Positions 44,528 to 55,220 of a DNA stretch of 64,000 bases are shown in pieces. The stretch spans positions 3,658,001-3,722,000 of the forward strand of contig OX337233.1 in assembly GCA_946965045.2 (NCBI GenBank). Direction: 5' to 3'. The notes beneath the pieces were generated by a model. The model searched no databases and was not told where the DNA came from. It saw only the letters and a list, made by a program, of their open reading frames with translations. Each line of letters starts with the position of its first letter. Position 1 is the first letter of the stretch. The DNA comes from Epithemia pelagica (taxonomy: Eukaryota; Protista; Bacillariophyta). The position numbers were made by a program, and so were the translations under genes.

Positions 44528-44965
44528 ATGACGGATGGTTCTTCGGATTGGGACAAGTTGCAATTGGCCTTGGAAACCTTGACAACGCAATTGGGACTTA
44601 CTGGCAATGGCAGTGTGGCATCCGATGTGATGGACTTTTGGACGAATTTGCCCGTCGCACAACAAATTGGCATTGTGTTGGGTTGTATTACCTTTACCTG
44701 CACGGTCGGCACAGTCCTACTCCTATTAATTTGGGGCGGATCCTTTCAACGCATGCATCAACAAGCCATTACTGGACAAGCCACCCAAGAACGACACGAA
44801 CGACTCCTCTGGATGCAACACTTGCTAGATGCTCGAGACTACATGATGAGGCTGAAACAAGCCACCAACGATACACAAGTGACAAGGCCAACAACAACAA
44901 CGATGATAATTGGGTCAGGTCCGATTCAATCTGTTCTTCTTTTCCAAAGTCGCGTGGGCTCATGA
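44528..44965 (+). pseudogene. Truncated 5' copy of the GNAT gene at 60192 (retains the TM helix)
   Basis: DGSSDWDKLQLALETL...LLDARDYMM matches the N-terminus of 60192-61748, then diverges into unrelated sequence. Confidence 0.85.
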
Positions 44966-46653
44966 ATGCCTCCAGTTTGTCGTTTCGCTTCTAATGCTTT
45001 CTGTCGGCCTTTTTTCTCGCGACAATCAATCGATCCCCGACAGATTTGGGAAATAGAGAATGGACAATGGCAGTGGTTCTTTTGGTCGCGTCCACAACCT
45101 TGTTTTGTCGTCGATGAACCCTCCAGTCACATGTTGCAAACACGGAACATGTCACGGCAAAGACAGCCACCACAACGGAGGTATGGCTGATTTGTATGGA
45201 AGGTGGATTCAAATGTTCTACTGGGATATTCAATCAACGTCGTGTAATCGCAGTGCCTTGCTCCATCTTCCCCTCCATCGTATCCTCGGGCAAACGTTGC
45301 GAATTCCGCTCGTTGAGCAAGGTAGTTTTATCTTGTGTCGTGCGTGCAAGTTTTGGTGGCCTTGAACTTCAACGTTCCCCCGTTGCCAATCACAAATGCC
45401 ATTTCGCTCTCGCAAGTGTCATGGACGTCGCCCACAAAACCTTTATCTCTTTGGGGAGGCTTTTTCTCATCCAAGTATGTGGCCCAGGCTTCTACCACGA
45501 ACAATTGGTGCATCTTGCAGGAATGTTTCCAATACTACGGGTTCGATCATGGCACTCCGAGGAGAGAGTTCTTGTCATGTATTCGGACTCACAGTATCCA
45601 TGAAGGAAGGACATGTGTCTGTAACCTCAGATTGCATGGTGTGTCGGACATGAAGAGCATCCCCTACTGCTCGGCGAATAGCAGGGTGCGCGTTCCTATC
45701 CATGTTCGCCAGTTCACGAGACAAAGCATAGGAGAACTGGGAGAGTAAAAGTCTGTGAAGCCAATGCCACGTTCGTTGATTGAACAATATCTTCCCAAAC
45801 ACGTTGAATGTCATGCACTGATGGGGCCATTACAGGTGCCTGTTTGGGTCCAAACTTTCGAAAATAAGGCGAACTCGTTAGCGTTGGTATTCCTTGAACG
45901 AGCAAATGAATGATGCACATTCCGTGTCTCCAAAGATAATTTCTCATGGTTGTTCTTGAGCCAGGATTTGGTGCAGTTCGCTGTGGAACCCAAGTCGACC
46001 ATTGGGGCAAACAGAATCCAATCGGATCCAGCTAGATCATCCCATTCTGGTGTTGTTTCGTTCAAGTGAGGGAGGCTGACGAATGGCCACTGTTCCTTTG
46101 GACAAGGAGTGGATCGACAGAAAGTGTGAAGGTCATAAAATAGCACGGGTATTTTAGCCGATCACAAACCCACACCAAATTCAGACTTGGCAAACGAAGA
46201 AGTCGCACCTGTAGATATGCCCGTGTAGATGGGTCGGATGGTCCGTATCTTTCAAGGTAGATCAATCATTTCTCCCGTCCAGGATGTAACGTTATCAGCG
46301 GCTCCAGAGACAGGAGAAAAAGAGAGAGGAACAAAATCAGCTATATGCTCTATACACCAATCGAGAAAACTCTTTGGTAGGATGGATCGCACACTAATAC
46401 ACAGCTTTCCAAAAGGACGAGAAGAAGGAGCATTGTTTGCAGCACATTCCATGGCACATGAGCGCGAGGAAAGAAGACTTCCTAGGTAGTACCTATCTAC
46501 TAGGTGGTTCTCCAAACAGCGCCATTGCAATGCTCACAAAACAAATCGGTGATGCATTCTTTCATGGGATCGACTCTACTGCTGATCCAAAATGGGTGCG
46601 CGTCAAATCGCTACTTCCACACACCGACACGCGCACATACAAGAGTGGTTTCT

Positions 46654-48039
46654 TCAAAAAGTGGGGGCCCTCCCCAGTGCCTTGCACCGAGCGAAACAGG
46701 CCGATTGTTTGTCCACCAATGACAGTCTTTCACAGGTTCTACTAGAGTCCCAACCACCAATCGCGACAATGCCAATGGTGGAAAGGGCCAGCAAGGTACA
46801 AAAATCCCGTCTCCGACTCATTTCCGGTAGCTCCCACCACCCTACCTCGTTGTCTTGTGCGTCGAGAACCTCCCCCGAACGCAACCCGTTCCCTTCCTCG
46901 TCGCTGCCGCCAACCACCACCAGACAAGACCCCACTCGGATCATACCAAAGCAAATTCGAGGAGTGAACAGAGCCAACTCATGGTGGATCCTCCACGAGT
47001 TGGTCCAGCAGGAGGTCACCTTATTGGATGGGGAGATGAGTATGCTGCGTTGCGGTCCTCCTCCTTCTCCTTCCAGGACCCAATCATCCAATTCCAGGTA
47101 CTCGACAGAGCTAAAGTTCTCTTCATTGCGACAGCCACCGACGGCATAGAGACGTGACCCAATCACCGCCATTCGAAAATGAGCGCGACTGACATTCATG
47201 GGTGGCCCGGCCCGAATGACGACGCCAATGGCACTATTCGTGGATGCCGCCGTATCCAAAATCTCAATCGATGAATGAGTATCTGTCTCAAAGAAACCTC
47301 CGGCCACCACGATAAATCGTTCCTTTACCACAGCAGCCGAGCAGCCAAATCGCTTGATCGACAAGCGACACTCCAACGTCGTCCAGTCGCGTTGATGGTT
47401 TGTAGGAGGACTGCTGCCATTTAAGGAGGAACGAAGCAAGTCTTGAATGTGAATGCATTCAATGGTATCGTAGTAATCACCAAAGGCGTACAGATATTCA
47501 CGGCAGATCACGGCAGTGGGAAACATTCTTGTTTGGTTTATGCTCGGTCCAACTCGCCAGCGCAAGTTCTGGGTAGTAGTATCATCCACCTGCAAGAAAT
47601 GAACCATATTGGATTCACCGTGACTCGAGAGTAGTACGACAGTTGTGCCATTCTTGCTATTGTGGCCGGCGGGGTCATTCACCACCACAGATGCATGCTC
47701 CGCCATCGAATCAAACGGCAGCGGAGGCCAGTCCAAAACCTGCCAGTGGGGTGCTTCCTGGTTGTCCATAAAAGTCAGTCCGCAGAGCTCAGCTTCTCGC
47801 GCATAGCCAAAGAGGGTCTGTTGATTTCCTCCTCCTGCAACTGGGAGCCGATCCACGTTGGGTTCCTCTTCGAGCTGCATGGGTTCATGTGCTTCCGGCA
47901 CCTCGTCTCCTTCCTCGGAATCGTTTTCGGCAGCTCGTTGTCGGAGTTCCGTCAGTATCTCTTCCTCCTCCCGTCGAAACTCTTGCAACTCTTGAAGGCG
48001 AGCAAGCAAGGTGGCAGTGGAACGTGTTTGAATGGACAT
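46654..48039 (-). CDS. Coiled-coil + Kelch-repeat protein, paralogue 4 (461 aa)
   Basis: Same N-terminus MSIQTRSTATLLARLQEL, Kelch blades and C-terminal CFARCKALGRAPTF. Confidence 0.9.
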   Translation of the reverse strand: MSIQTRSTATLLARLQELQEFRREEEEILTELRQRAAENDSEEGDEVPEAHEPMQLEEEPNVDRLPVAGGGNQQTLFGYAREAELCGLTFMDNQEAPHWQVLDWPPLPFDSMAEHASVVVNDPAGHNSKNGTTVVLLSSHGESNMVHFLQVDDTTTQNLRWRVGPSINQTRMFPTAVICREYLYAFGDYYDTIECIHIQDLLRSSLNGSSPPTNHQRDWTTLECRLSIKRFGCSAAVVKERFIVVAGGFFETDTHSSIEILDTAASTNSAIGVVIRAGPPMNVSRAHFRMAVIGSRLYAVGGCRNEENFSSVEYLELDDWVLEGEGGGPQRSILISPSNKVTSCWTNSWRIHHELALFTPRICFGMIRVGSCLVVVGGSDEEGNGLRSGEVLDAQDNEVGWWELPEMSRRRDFCTLLALSTIGIVAIGGWDSSRTCERLSLVDKQSACFARCKALGRAPTF

Positions 48040-48423
48040 GCTTCCACAATCAGTACAAGGAAACCACGCGGTAACCTTATATCGTCTGCTTCAGCGTGGA
48101 ACGATTTGACACCATGGTTGCAGGAAAACCTCGCCTTGTGTGTTCGGAGTATATTCCAAAACTGTGTGACGATCGCGAGCCATGCACATGGCATACGATA
48201 TAAGACGACAAAACTTTCGGCCCACCTCTTTTAGGTTCTTCAAAACGGGGGACTGCCTGATCACTTGGGTGGGGGTGGGGGTCTCGACCAATGACACCCT
48301 CTCATTTTTGTTGTGTGTTGTCGTCGTCTCCTTCCATTCCAACATTCATTCATTCGAAGTCTCAGTTCCTCTCTGGTCGTTGTCTCATCCTCATTGGTAT
48401 CATCATCATCATCATCATCCACA

Positions 48424-48716
48424 ATGACATCGAGAATTCCTGATGGTTCTTCGGATTGGGACAAGTTAATTGGTCTTGGCAACCTTGCTCCTTTCAACGC
48501 ATGCAACAACAAGCCATTACCGGACAAGCCACGTTGCTCAGTCCCACTCAAGAACGACAAGAACGACCTCTCTTGTTGCAACACTTGTTGGATGCTCGAG
48601 ACTACATGATGAGGCTCCAACAAGGGAATTCCACCAACGATACAAGTGACCAGCACAAGGCCAACAACAACGAGGGTGCGATTGGGTCCGATTCACTCTG
48701 TTCTTCTTTTCTATAG
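48424..48716 (+). pseudogene. Second, internally deleted 5' fragment of the GNAT gene
   Basis: MTSRIPDGSSDWDKL, then a deletion/frameshift, then FQRMQQQAITGQATLLSPTQERQERPLLLQHLLDARDYMM. Confidence 0.82.
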
Positions 48717-50105
48717 TCGCCTGGGCTCATGAATGCCTGTAGTTTGGCTTTTCGCTTCTAATGCTTTCTTTCGGCCATTTCATTTTTCGCGACAATCAAT
48801 CGATCCCCGAAAGATCTGGGATATAGAGAATGGACAATGGCAGTGGTTCTTTTGGCCGAGTTCATAACCTTGTTTTGTCGTCGATGAACCATCCATGGAT
48901 GAACAGTCTCATGTTGCAAACACGGAACATGTCGCGGCAAAGACAGCCACCACAACGGAGGTATGGCTGATTTGTATGGAAAGTGAATTCAAATCTTTTG
49001 CTGGGATATACAATCAACGTCGTGTAATCACAGTGCATTGCTCCATCTTCCTCTCCGTCGTATCGGGCAAACGTTGCGAATTCCGCTCTTGGAGCAAGGT
49101 AGTTTTGCATCTCTTGTCGTGCGTGCAAGTTTTGGTGGCCTTGAACTTCAACGTTCCCGTTGTCAATCACAAATGTCATTTCGCTCTCGCAAGTGTCATG
49201 GACGTCGCCCACAAAACCTTTATCTCTTTGAGGAGGCTTTTTCTCATCCAAGTATGTGGCCCAGGCTTCTACCACGAACAATTGGTGCATCTTGCAGGAA
49301 TGTTTCCAATACTACGGGTTCGATCATGGCACTCCGAGGAGAGAGTTCTTGTCATGTATTCGGACTCACAGTATCCATGAAGGAAGGACATGTGTCTGTA
49401 ACCTCAGATTGCATGGTGTGTCGGACATGAAGAGCATCCCCTACTGCTCGGCGAATAGCAGGGTGCGCGTTCCTATCCATGTTCACCAGTTCACGAGACA
49501 AAGCATAGGAGAACTGGGAGAGTAAAAGTCTGTGAAGCCAATGCCACGTTTGTTGATTGAACAATATCTTCCCAAACACGTTGAATGTCATGCACTGATG
49601 GGGCCATTACAGGTGCCTGTTTGGGTCCAAACTTTCGAAAATAAGGCGAACTCGTTAGCGTTGGTATTCCTTGAACGAGCAAATGAATGATTGAGGACAT
49701 TCCGTGTCTCGAAAGATAGTTTCTCTTGGTTGCTCTTGAGCCACTTCGTCCAGTTCGCTTTGGAACCCAAGTCGACCATTGGGACAACAAGAATCCAATC
49801 GGATCCAGCTAAATCACCCAACTCTTGTTGTGTTGTTTCGTTCAAGTGAGGGAGGCTGACGAATGGCCACTGTTCATTTGGACAAGGAGTGGATCGATAG
49901 AAAGTGTGAAGGTCATAAAATAGCACGGGTATTAGCCGATCAGCACAGACCCACACCTAACTCAGACTTTGGCAAACGAAGAGGTCGCGCACCTGTAGAT
50001 ATGCCCGTGTAGATCCGTCCGTCGGGTCGGATGGTCAGTATCTTTCAAGGCAGATTTATAATTTCTCCCGTCCAGATGTAACGTTATCAGCGGCTCCAGA
50101 GGCAG

Positions 50106-50110
<5 letters not shown>

Positions 50111-50200
<90 letters not shown>
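50111..50200. repeat. (AG)45 microsatellite
   Basis: Read directly. The paralogous site near 46320 has only about 4 units. Confidence 0.97.
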
Positions 50201-50203
<3 letters not shown>

Positions 50204-50542
50204 CAACATCAGCTGGAGGCTCTACACCGTCGTATAGGTAATCGAGAACGAAACTCTTTGGTACGGATGGATCGCCCACGTCTACACACCTTTCCAAAAG
50301 GACGAGACGAGGGAGCATTGTTCGCAGCACATTCCATGGCACATAAGCACGAGGAAAGAAGACTTCCTAGGTAGTACCTATCTATTAGGTGGTTCTCCAA
50401 ACAGCGCCATTGCAATGACATTGCAATGCTCACAAAACAAATCGGCGATGCATTCTTTCGTGGGATCTACTCTACTACTACTAATCCATAATGGGTGCGT
50501 ATCGAATCGCAACTTGCATACACCGACACAAGTGTGGTTTCT

Positions 50543-51913
50543 TCAAAAAGTAGGGACCCTCCCGAGTGCCAACCGAGCAAAACAGGCCGATTTCTGGTCC
50601 ACCAATGGCAGTCGTTCGCATATTATACAGTCAGAACCACCAATCACTACAATGCCAGTGGTGGAATGGGCCACCAAGGTACAACCATCCCGTTTCCATC
50701 TCAGTTCCGGTAGCTGCCATGAATAGTTGTTTTGTGTGTCCAGAACTTGTCCCGAGAAGAACCCGTTCCCTTGTTGGTCACGGCCGCCAACCACCACGAG
50801 ACAAGATCCTACTCGGACCATACCAAAGCAAATTCGAGGAGTGTTCAGAGCCAACTGTTCGTGGATCCTCCACGAGTTGGTCCAAATGGAGGATACCTTG
50901 TTGGAGGGGGAGATTAGAATGCTGCGTTGTGGCCCTCCTCCTGGTCCTTCCACTACGCAATCATCCAATTCCAGGTACTCGACAGAGCTCACGGTTTTTT
51001 CATTGTCAATGCCACCGACAGCATAGAGACGTGACCCAATCACCGCCATTCGAAAATAAGCGCGACTAACATTCATGGGAGGTCCGGCCCGAACGACGAC
51101 GCCACTGGCACTATTCGTGGATGCCGCCGTATCCAAAATCTCAATCGATGCAAGAGTCGACATCTCAAAACCACCCGCCACCACGATAAATCGTTCCTTT
51201 ACCACAACAGCCGAGCAGCCATATCGTTTTTTCGACAAGCGACACTCCAACGTCGTCCAGCCGCGTCGTTTGTTGTTTGTAGGACTACTACTCTGGGAGG
51301 AATTACCAAGCAAGTCTTGAATCTCAATGCGTTCAATAGTATCGTAGAAATCACCAACGGCATACACATAGCCACGGCAGATCACGGCAGCGAGAAACAG
51401 TCTTGTTTGGTTCATGCTTGGTCCGACGCGCCAGCATAAATTCTGGGTAGTATCATCCACCTGTAAAAAATGAACCATATTGGATTCATGGGTAGACGAG
51501 AGTACTACGACAGTTGTCCTACCAGTCTTGCTATTGTGGCCGCCGGGGTCATTCACCACCACGGATGCGTGTATCGCCTCTGACTCAAACGGCAGCGGAG
51601 GCCAGTCCGCGACCTGCCAGTGGGGTGCTTCCTGGTTGTCCATAAAAGTCAGTCCGGAGAGCTCTGCTTCTCTCGCATGGCCGAAGAGGATGCGTTGATT
51701 TCTTCCTCCTGCTACCGGGAACCGGTCCAAGTTGGGTTCTTCTTCGAGCTGCATGGGTTCATGCGCTTCCGTCGTCTCCTCGTCTCCGGCTCCATTCTCG
51801 CGCTCGTTTTCGGCAGCTCTTCGTCGGAGTTCCGTCAGTATCTCCTCCTCTTCCCGTCGCAACTCTTGAAGGCGAGCAAGCAAGGTGGCAGTGGAACGTG
51901 TTCGAATGGACAT
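50543..51913 (-). CDS. Coiled-coil + Kelch-repeat protein, paralogue 5 (456 aa)
   Basis: Same architecture, closest to paralogue 4. Confidence 0.9.
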   Translation of the reverse strand: MSIRTRSTATLLARLQELRREEEEILTELRRRAAENERENGAGDEETTEAHEPMQLEEEPNLDRFPVAGGRNQRILFGHAREAELSGLTFMDNQEAPHWQVADWPPLPFESEAIHASVVVNDPGGHNSKTGRTTVVVLSSTHESNMVHFLQVDDTTQNLCWRVGPSMNQTRLFLAAVICRGYVYAVGDFYDTIERIEIQDLLGNSSQSSSPTNNKRRGWTTLECRLSKKRYGCSAVVVKERFIVVAGGFEMSTLASIEILDTAASTNSASGVVVRAGPPMNVSRAYFRMAVIGSRLYAVGGIDNEKTVSSVEYLELDDCVVEGPGGGPQRSILISPSNKVSSIWTNSWRIHEQLALNTPRICFGMVRVGSCLVVVGGRDQQGNGFFSGQVLDTQNNYSWQLPELRWKRDGCTLVAHSTTGIVVIGGSDCIICERLPLVDQKSACFARLALGRVPTF

Positions 51914-52200
51914 GCTTCCACAACGTCAATGGGGACACCATGCGGTAAGTTTATATCCGTATCGTCTGCTTCAGCGTGGAACGATTTGACTTTGACACCA
52001 AAAGGTTGCAGGAAAACCTCGCCTTATTGATAAACTGTGTGAAGATCGCGAGCCATGCACATGGCATACGACAAAACTTTCGCCCACATCGGCCCGCCCC
52101 TTTTCTCACTTGGGTGGGGGTGGGGGTCTCGACCAATGACACCCTCTCATTTTTGTTGTGTGTTGTCGTCGTCTCCTTCCATTCCAACATTCATTCATTC

Positions 52201-52378
52201 GTGTCTGTCGTGCGTACGTTGGAGCGGGGCAGTTGATCGCACATAGACTACGACAAGCCCCACCGGACTTGGACATCTCTGATGCGATGTCCATGCTCAC
52301 AATTCTTGAGATTGCGAGCATTGCAACTGCCATCTTGAGAGGTCTACACAGAGATAGATAGACTAAGACAATCAAAAA
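52201..52378 (+). repeat. Split direct repeat A1 (178 bp)
   Basis: Identical by eye to A2 at 59768-59945. Confidence 0.95.
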
Positions 52379-52394
52379 CAACTTTGGATCTACG

Positions 52395-55220
52395 ATGACT
52401 GTTACTACTGCCTTTGACGACGAGATGTTTTCCAACATGGAAGACACGGCTTCTCCTTCCGATTCTGGCGGTACTGAAGGCAACGGGACTGCCACTTTGG
52501 CTCAGTTTATCTCGCAGCCTTCCCAGCCCGAATCTCATTACGGTACGAACGATGATGACGATTTGTTGAGTCTCGATGGTAACCCTCCTTCTGTCGAAGA
52601 CTCTGGCCACAGCCGCCGTCGCACTCGTTCGAACAGTTCCGGAAGTCTCGAGTCCCGTTCGTCCAAGAGTACGAAGTTATCGAAGAAAACGACAAAAGCC
52701 TCTTCAAATCCCGATCAGGACGATGAAGGTACTACCCCGGCGAATTATACTTCCAAGAAATCTTCTATGTCCACTTTGACCCAGAAGAAGATTTCGAAAA
52801 AGGATTTGGTCTCTTCCATTCGCCAGCAGCCCCAGCACGGATCTGAAGACAACACCAAGACGCCGACTGCCCTGTCCCGTCCTTCAGACCTTTTTCGCCT
52901 CCCTATCCCGTTCTCTCAAGAACATCTTGATTTGGTTGACTCTATGGAACCTGTGGATTGGTCCGATGCCTTTGTATCCCCTTTTCACCGCTCTTTGGAT
53001 AAGTTCCCCAACTCTTGGACCGAGTTTTGTGAGAAGTTTGAGACTGTTTCTTCGGCTGAGAAACTTCAACGCTTCCTCACATGCGACCTAGGCTATACTC
53101 CCCTTGCCTTTTTGGGAGTTGATCGTCGAGGCAAGATCCGTATTGTCCACAATTTGATTGTTGCGCCGAACACTGGAAACTTTGTCAATCCCGATCCGAT
53201 TTTCCTTGGGCTTTCGCAGCGAGAATTTGGTTCTCCCCCTATTTGGATCGACCCCGAAGATGTCGACAAACTCCTTTTGACAGTCGAATATCCCGATGTA
53301 CCAACAGCCCAGGAAATCATCAAGTCTTGTTGCATTGACGAGAACGCGTCTTCGACATCCAAGTCCCGTTCCAAGAACGTTCTCCCATCTTTCAAGTTCG
53401 ATTTGTTGCGTTTTGGTAACCTCAAGAAACCGACGACTGATAAGGATGAGGCTGCGACTACCTTTTCTTTGAAAGGCTTGTTCCCTCTTCATCCTTCCAT
53501 CTCGGGTTTGTTGTTGGATCACTTTGGTTCCCAAGATCTGAGCTCTTCTCGTTGCACTGCACCTTTTCTAGCCTCCCTCATCTTCAAGTTCCTCAATAAA
53601 CGATGGATGATTTCCACCCCACAAGAGCTTCAGATGAAATGCACCTCTTTTCCGATGTACCATGAGCTGATCAAATTCAGCCATGAACTGTTTCGTTTCC
53701 TTTGGTTCGCCCATCATATGCGTTCCCGCACTGAACCAATTGCTATCGAAGTCCCACCCAACTCTGTCGAAGCTTCGACAGCCTTTGAAGCTTACTCGAC
53801 GAAACTCTTTCCTTCCTTGAAGGCGACAGCTCCTCATAGTCCATCTCAGGTCCCCTTGCCACCGATCAACCCCAACTTCCCAGTTGCTCCTCCTACTGGT
53901 CAACCTCCGAATTTTTCTCCTATCCAGCAGCAAAATTCGGGTGGCGGAGTTTCGGCCGATACCATTTATATGACTGAGAAGTTGTCCGAGAATTTCTCCG
54001 ACGCAATCGCAAAGCATACCTCGAAGATCACCCGTGAGAAGGAAGACGAAAAGAAAGAAATCTTCAAGCATACAACTCACCTTCGTAATGCGATTGTTTT
54101 CGGCCAAGTCGGTCCCTCGACTGCCGAATTGCCTTCCTCTCCGTCCGAGATTGCGACTGAATTGTTTCACCAAAAGAGTACACACACTTTATACTCGACG
54201 ATTCATGCTCGAGTTTTCCGAAAGTCAGACAATGCTTGCTACATCCTTTTCGGTCAATGTGGCGTATTGCAAAAGTTTGGCTTGCGTTGGCGAGGAAACG
54301 ACCACCCCAGTGGTTTTTCTCCATTCTCTTTTGACCCTTATTGCTGCTCTGGACCGGATTCACACCTTGCCCTCGATCACGACATCCAGCATGCAATCTA
54401 TGAGAGTTCCTTACGAAGTGACAACGGACTGTCAACAAAAGATATGAGAGACATCTTCGTCAATGAAAAGCTGTTTTGCCCACTTACCTGCGACGAATAT
54501 CAAACACAACTTCGTTCCTTCTACCTTTTTGCCTGTGCAATCTGGAACAACGAGTGTTTTGTTGCGTTGCAGCTCCACAAGATGGTAGAGCACTTACTCT
54601 CTAATCGATACATCTACCGAAGCAGTCAAGCCGTGGACCCGACATTTTTATGCCGCGTCCTTTTCTCGATCGATTTCGCCATCCAACGCTTTATCGATAC
54701 ATACCTTGAGGACGCCAAGTGCGTCGAAGACATTCGCAACGACCGTCTGGACTTCCACAAAAACAAGTTATGCGACAAGATTGAATCAAAAGAAGACATC
54801 TGCAAGATGCTTCCCAAATTCATCGAGTCAGCCATTAGAGCCAAAGCACTAGGACAGAACGACCCCCCCAAGAACTCTTCGACAAATTCTTCCTCAAACT
54901 CGCAGAAGCGCAAGGCTTCTGCTGATCCCAGTTCTTCCCCACCCACCATTGTGCGCTTTGACTCTCCGTCTGATTGGTGCATCCCGACGGAACTCCAGTA
55001 TTCTCGAGTCTTTTCACGTTCCGTCCTTGAGAAGATCCCACACATGACGGCAGAAGGTGTAGACCGTCCATTTTGCAACAAACTCTTCACCTTGAAATAC
55101 TGCCGAAACGGAAACCAATGCCCCTTTAGCCACGCGGATCCTCGAGAGCATGGAAAAGGTGCAGCAATGTCTTCCTTTTACAAGAAAGCTTTTGCGGATG
55201 CGAAGAAGAGCAACTCTTGA
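52395..55220 (+). CDS. Ngaro ORF1 (gag-like, 941 aa) with a C-terminal CCCH-type zinc finger
   Basis: First ORF after A1. Ends FCNKLFTLKYCRNGNQCPFSH. Confidence 0.85.
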   Translation: MTVTTAFDDEMFSNMEDTASPSDSGGTEGNGTATLAQFISQPSQPESHYGTNDDDDLLSLDGNPPSVEDSGHSRRRTRSNSSGSLESRSSKSTKLSKKTTKASSNPDQDDEGTTPANYTSKKSSMSTLTQKKISKKDLVSSIRQQPQHGSEDNTKTPTALSRPSDLFRLPIPFSQEHLDLVDSMEPVDWSDAFVSPFHRSLDKFPNSWTEFCEKFETVSSAEKLQRFLTCDLGYTPLAFLGVDRRGKIRIVHNLIVAPNTGNFVNPDPIFLGLSQREFGSPPIWIDPEDVDKLLLTVEYPDVPTAQEIIKSCCIDENASSTSKSRSKNVLPSFKFDLLRFGNLKKPTTDKDEAATTFSLKGLFPLHPSISGLLLDHFGSQDLSSSRCTAPFLASLIFKFLNKRWMISTPQELQMKCTSFPMYHELIKFSHELFRFLWFAHHMRSRTEPIAIEVPPNSVEASTAFEAYSTKLFPSLKATAPHSPSQVPLPPINPNFPVAPPTGQPPNFSPIQQQNSGGGVSADTIYMTEKLSENFSDAIAKHTSKITREKEDEKKEIFKHTTHLRNAIVFGQVGPSTAELPSSPSEIATELFHQKSTHTLYSTIHARVFRKSDNACYILFGQCGVLQKFGLRWRGNDHPSGFSPFSFDPYCCSGPDSHLALDHDIQHAIYESSLRSDNGLSTKDMRDIFVNEKLFCPLTCDEYQTQLRSFYLFACAIWNNECFVALQLHKMVEHLLSNRYIYRSSQAVDPTFLCRVLFSIDFAIQRFIDTYLEDAKCVEDIRNDRLDFHKNKLCDKIESKEDICKMLPKFIESAIRAKALGQNDPPKNSSTNSSSNSQKRKASADPSSSPPTIVRFDSPSDWCIPTELQYSRVFSRSVLEKIPHMTAEGVDRPFCNKLFTLKYCRNGNQCPFSHADPREHGKGAAMSSFYKKAFADAKKSNS

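Larger units (their letters stand above)
44260..52200. repeat. Tandem segmental duplication, ~3.9-kb unit (promoter + GNAT 5' fragment + degenerate segment + Kelch gene)
   Basis: The anchor CGCGAGCCATGC recurs at 44272, 48174 and 52047. Segments ~45000-46500 and ~48720-50450 align closely. Confidence 0.88.

Noticed and set aside
15365-51913. Functional ubiquitin/SUMO gene cluster (DDI1, SENP, Kelch)
   Set aside because: Eukaryotic neighbours are seldom functionally clustered, the Kelch proteins lack a recognisable BTB/F-box, and unrelated genes are interspersed.
1932-55220. UGA reassigned as a sense codon genome-wide, given the many in-frame TGAs in TE ORFs
   Set aside because: Host and TE ORFs terminate normally at TGA (Kelch 1, 4 and 5; Ngaro YR), Trp is encoded by TGG, and one LINE stop is TAA.
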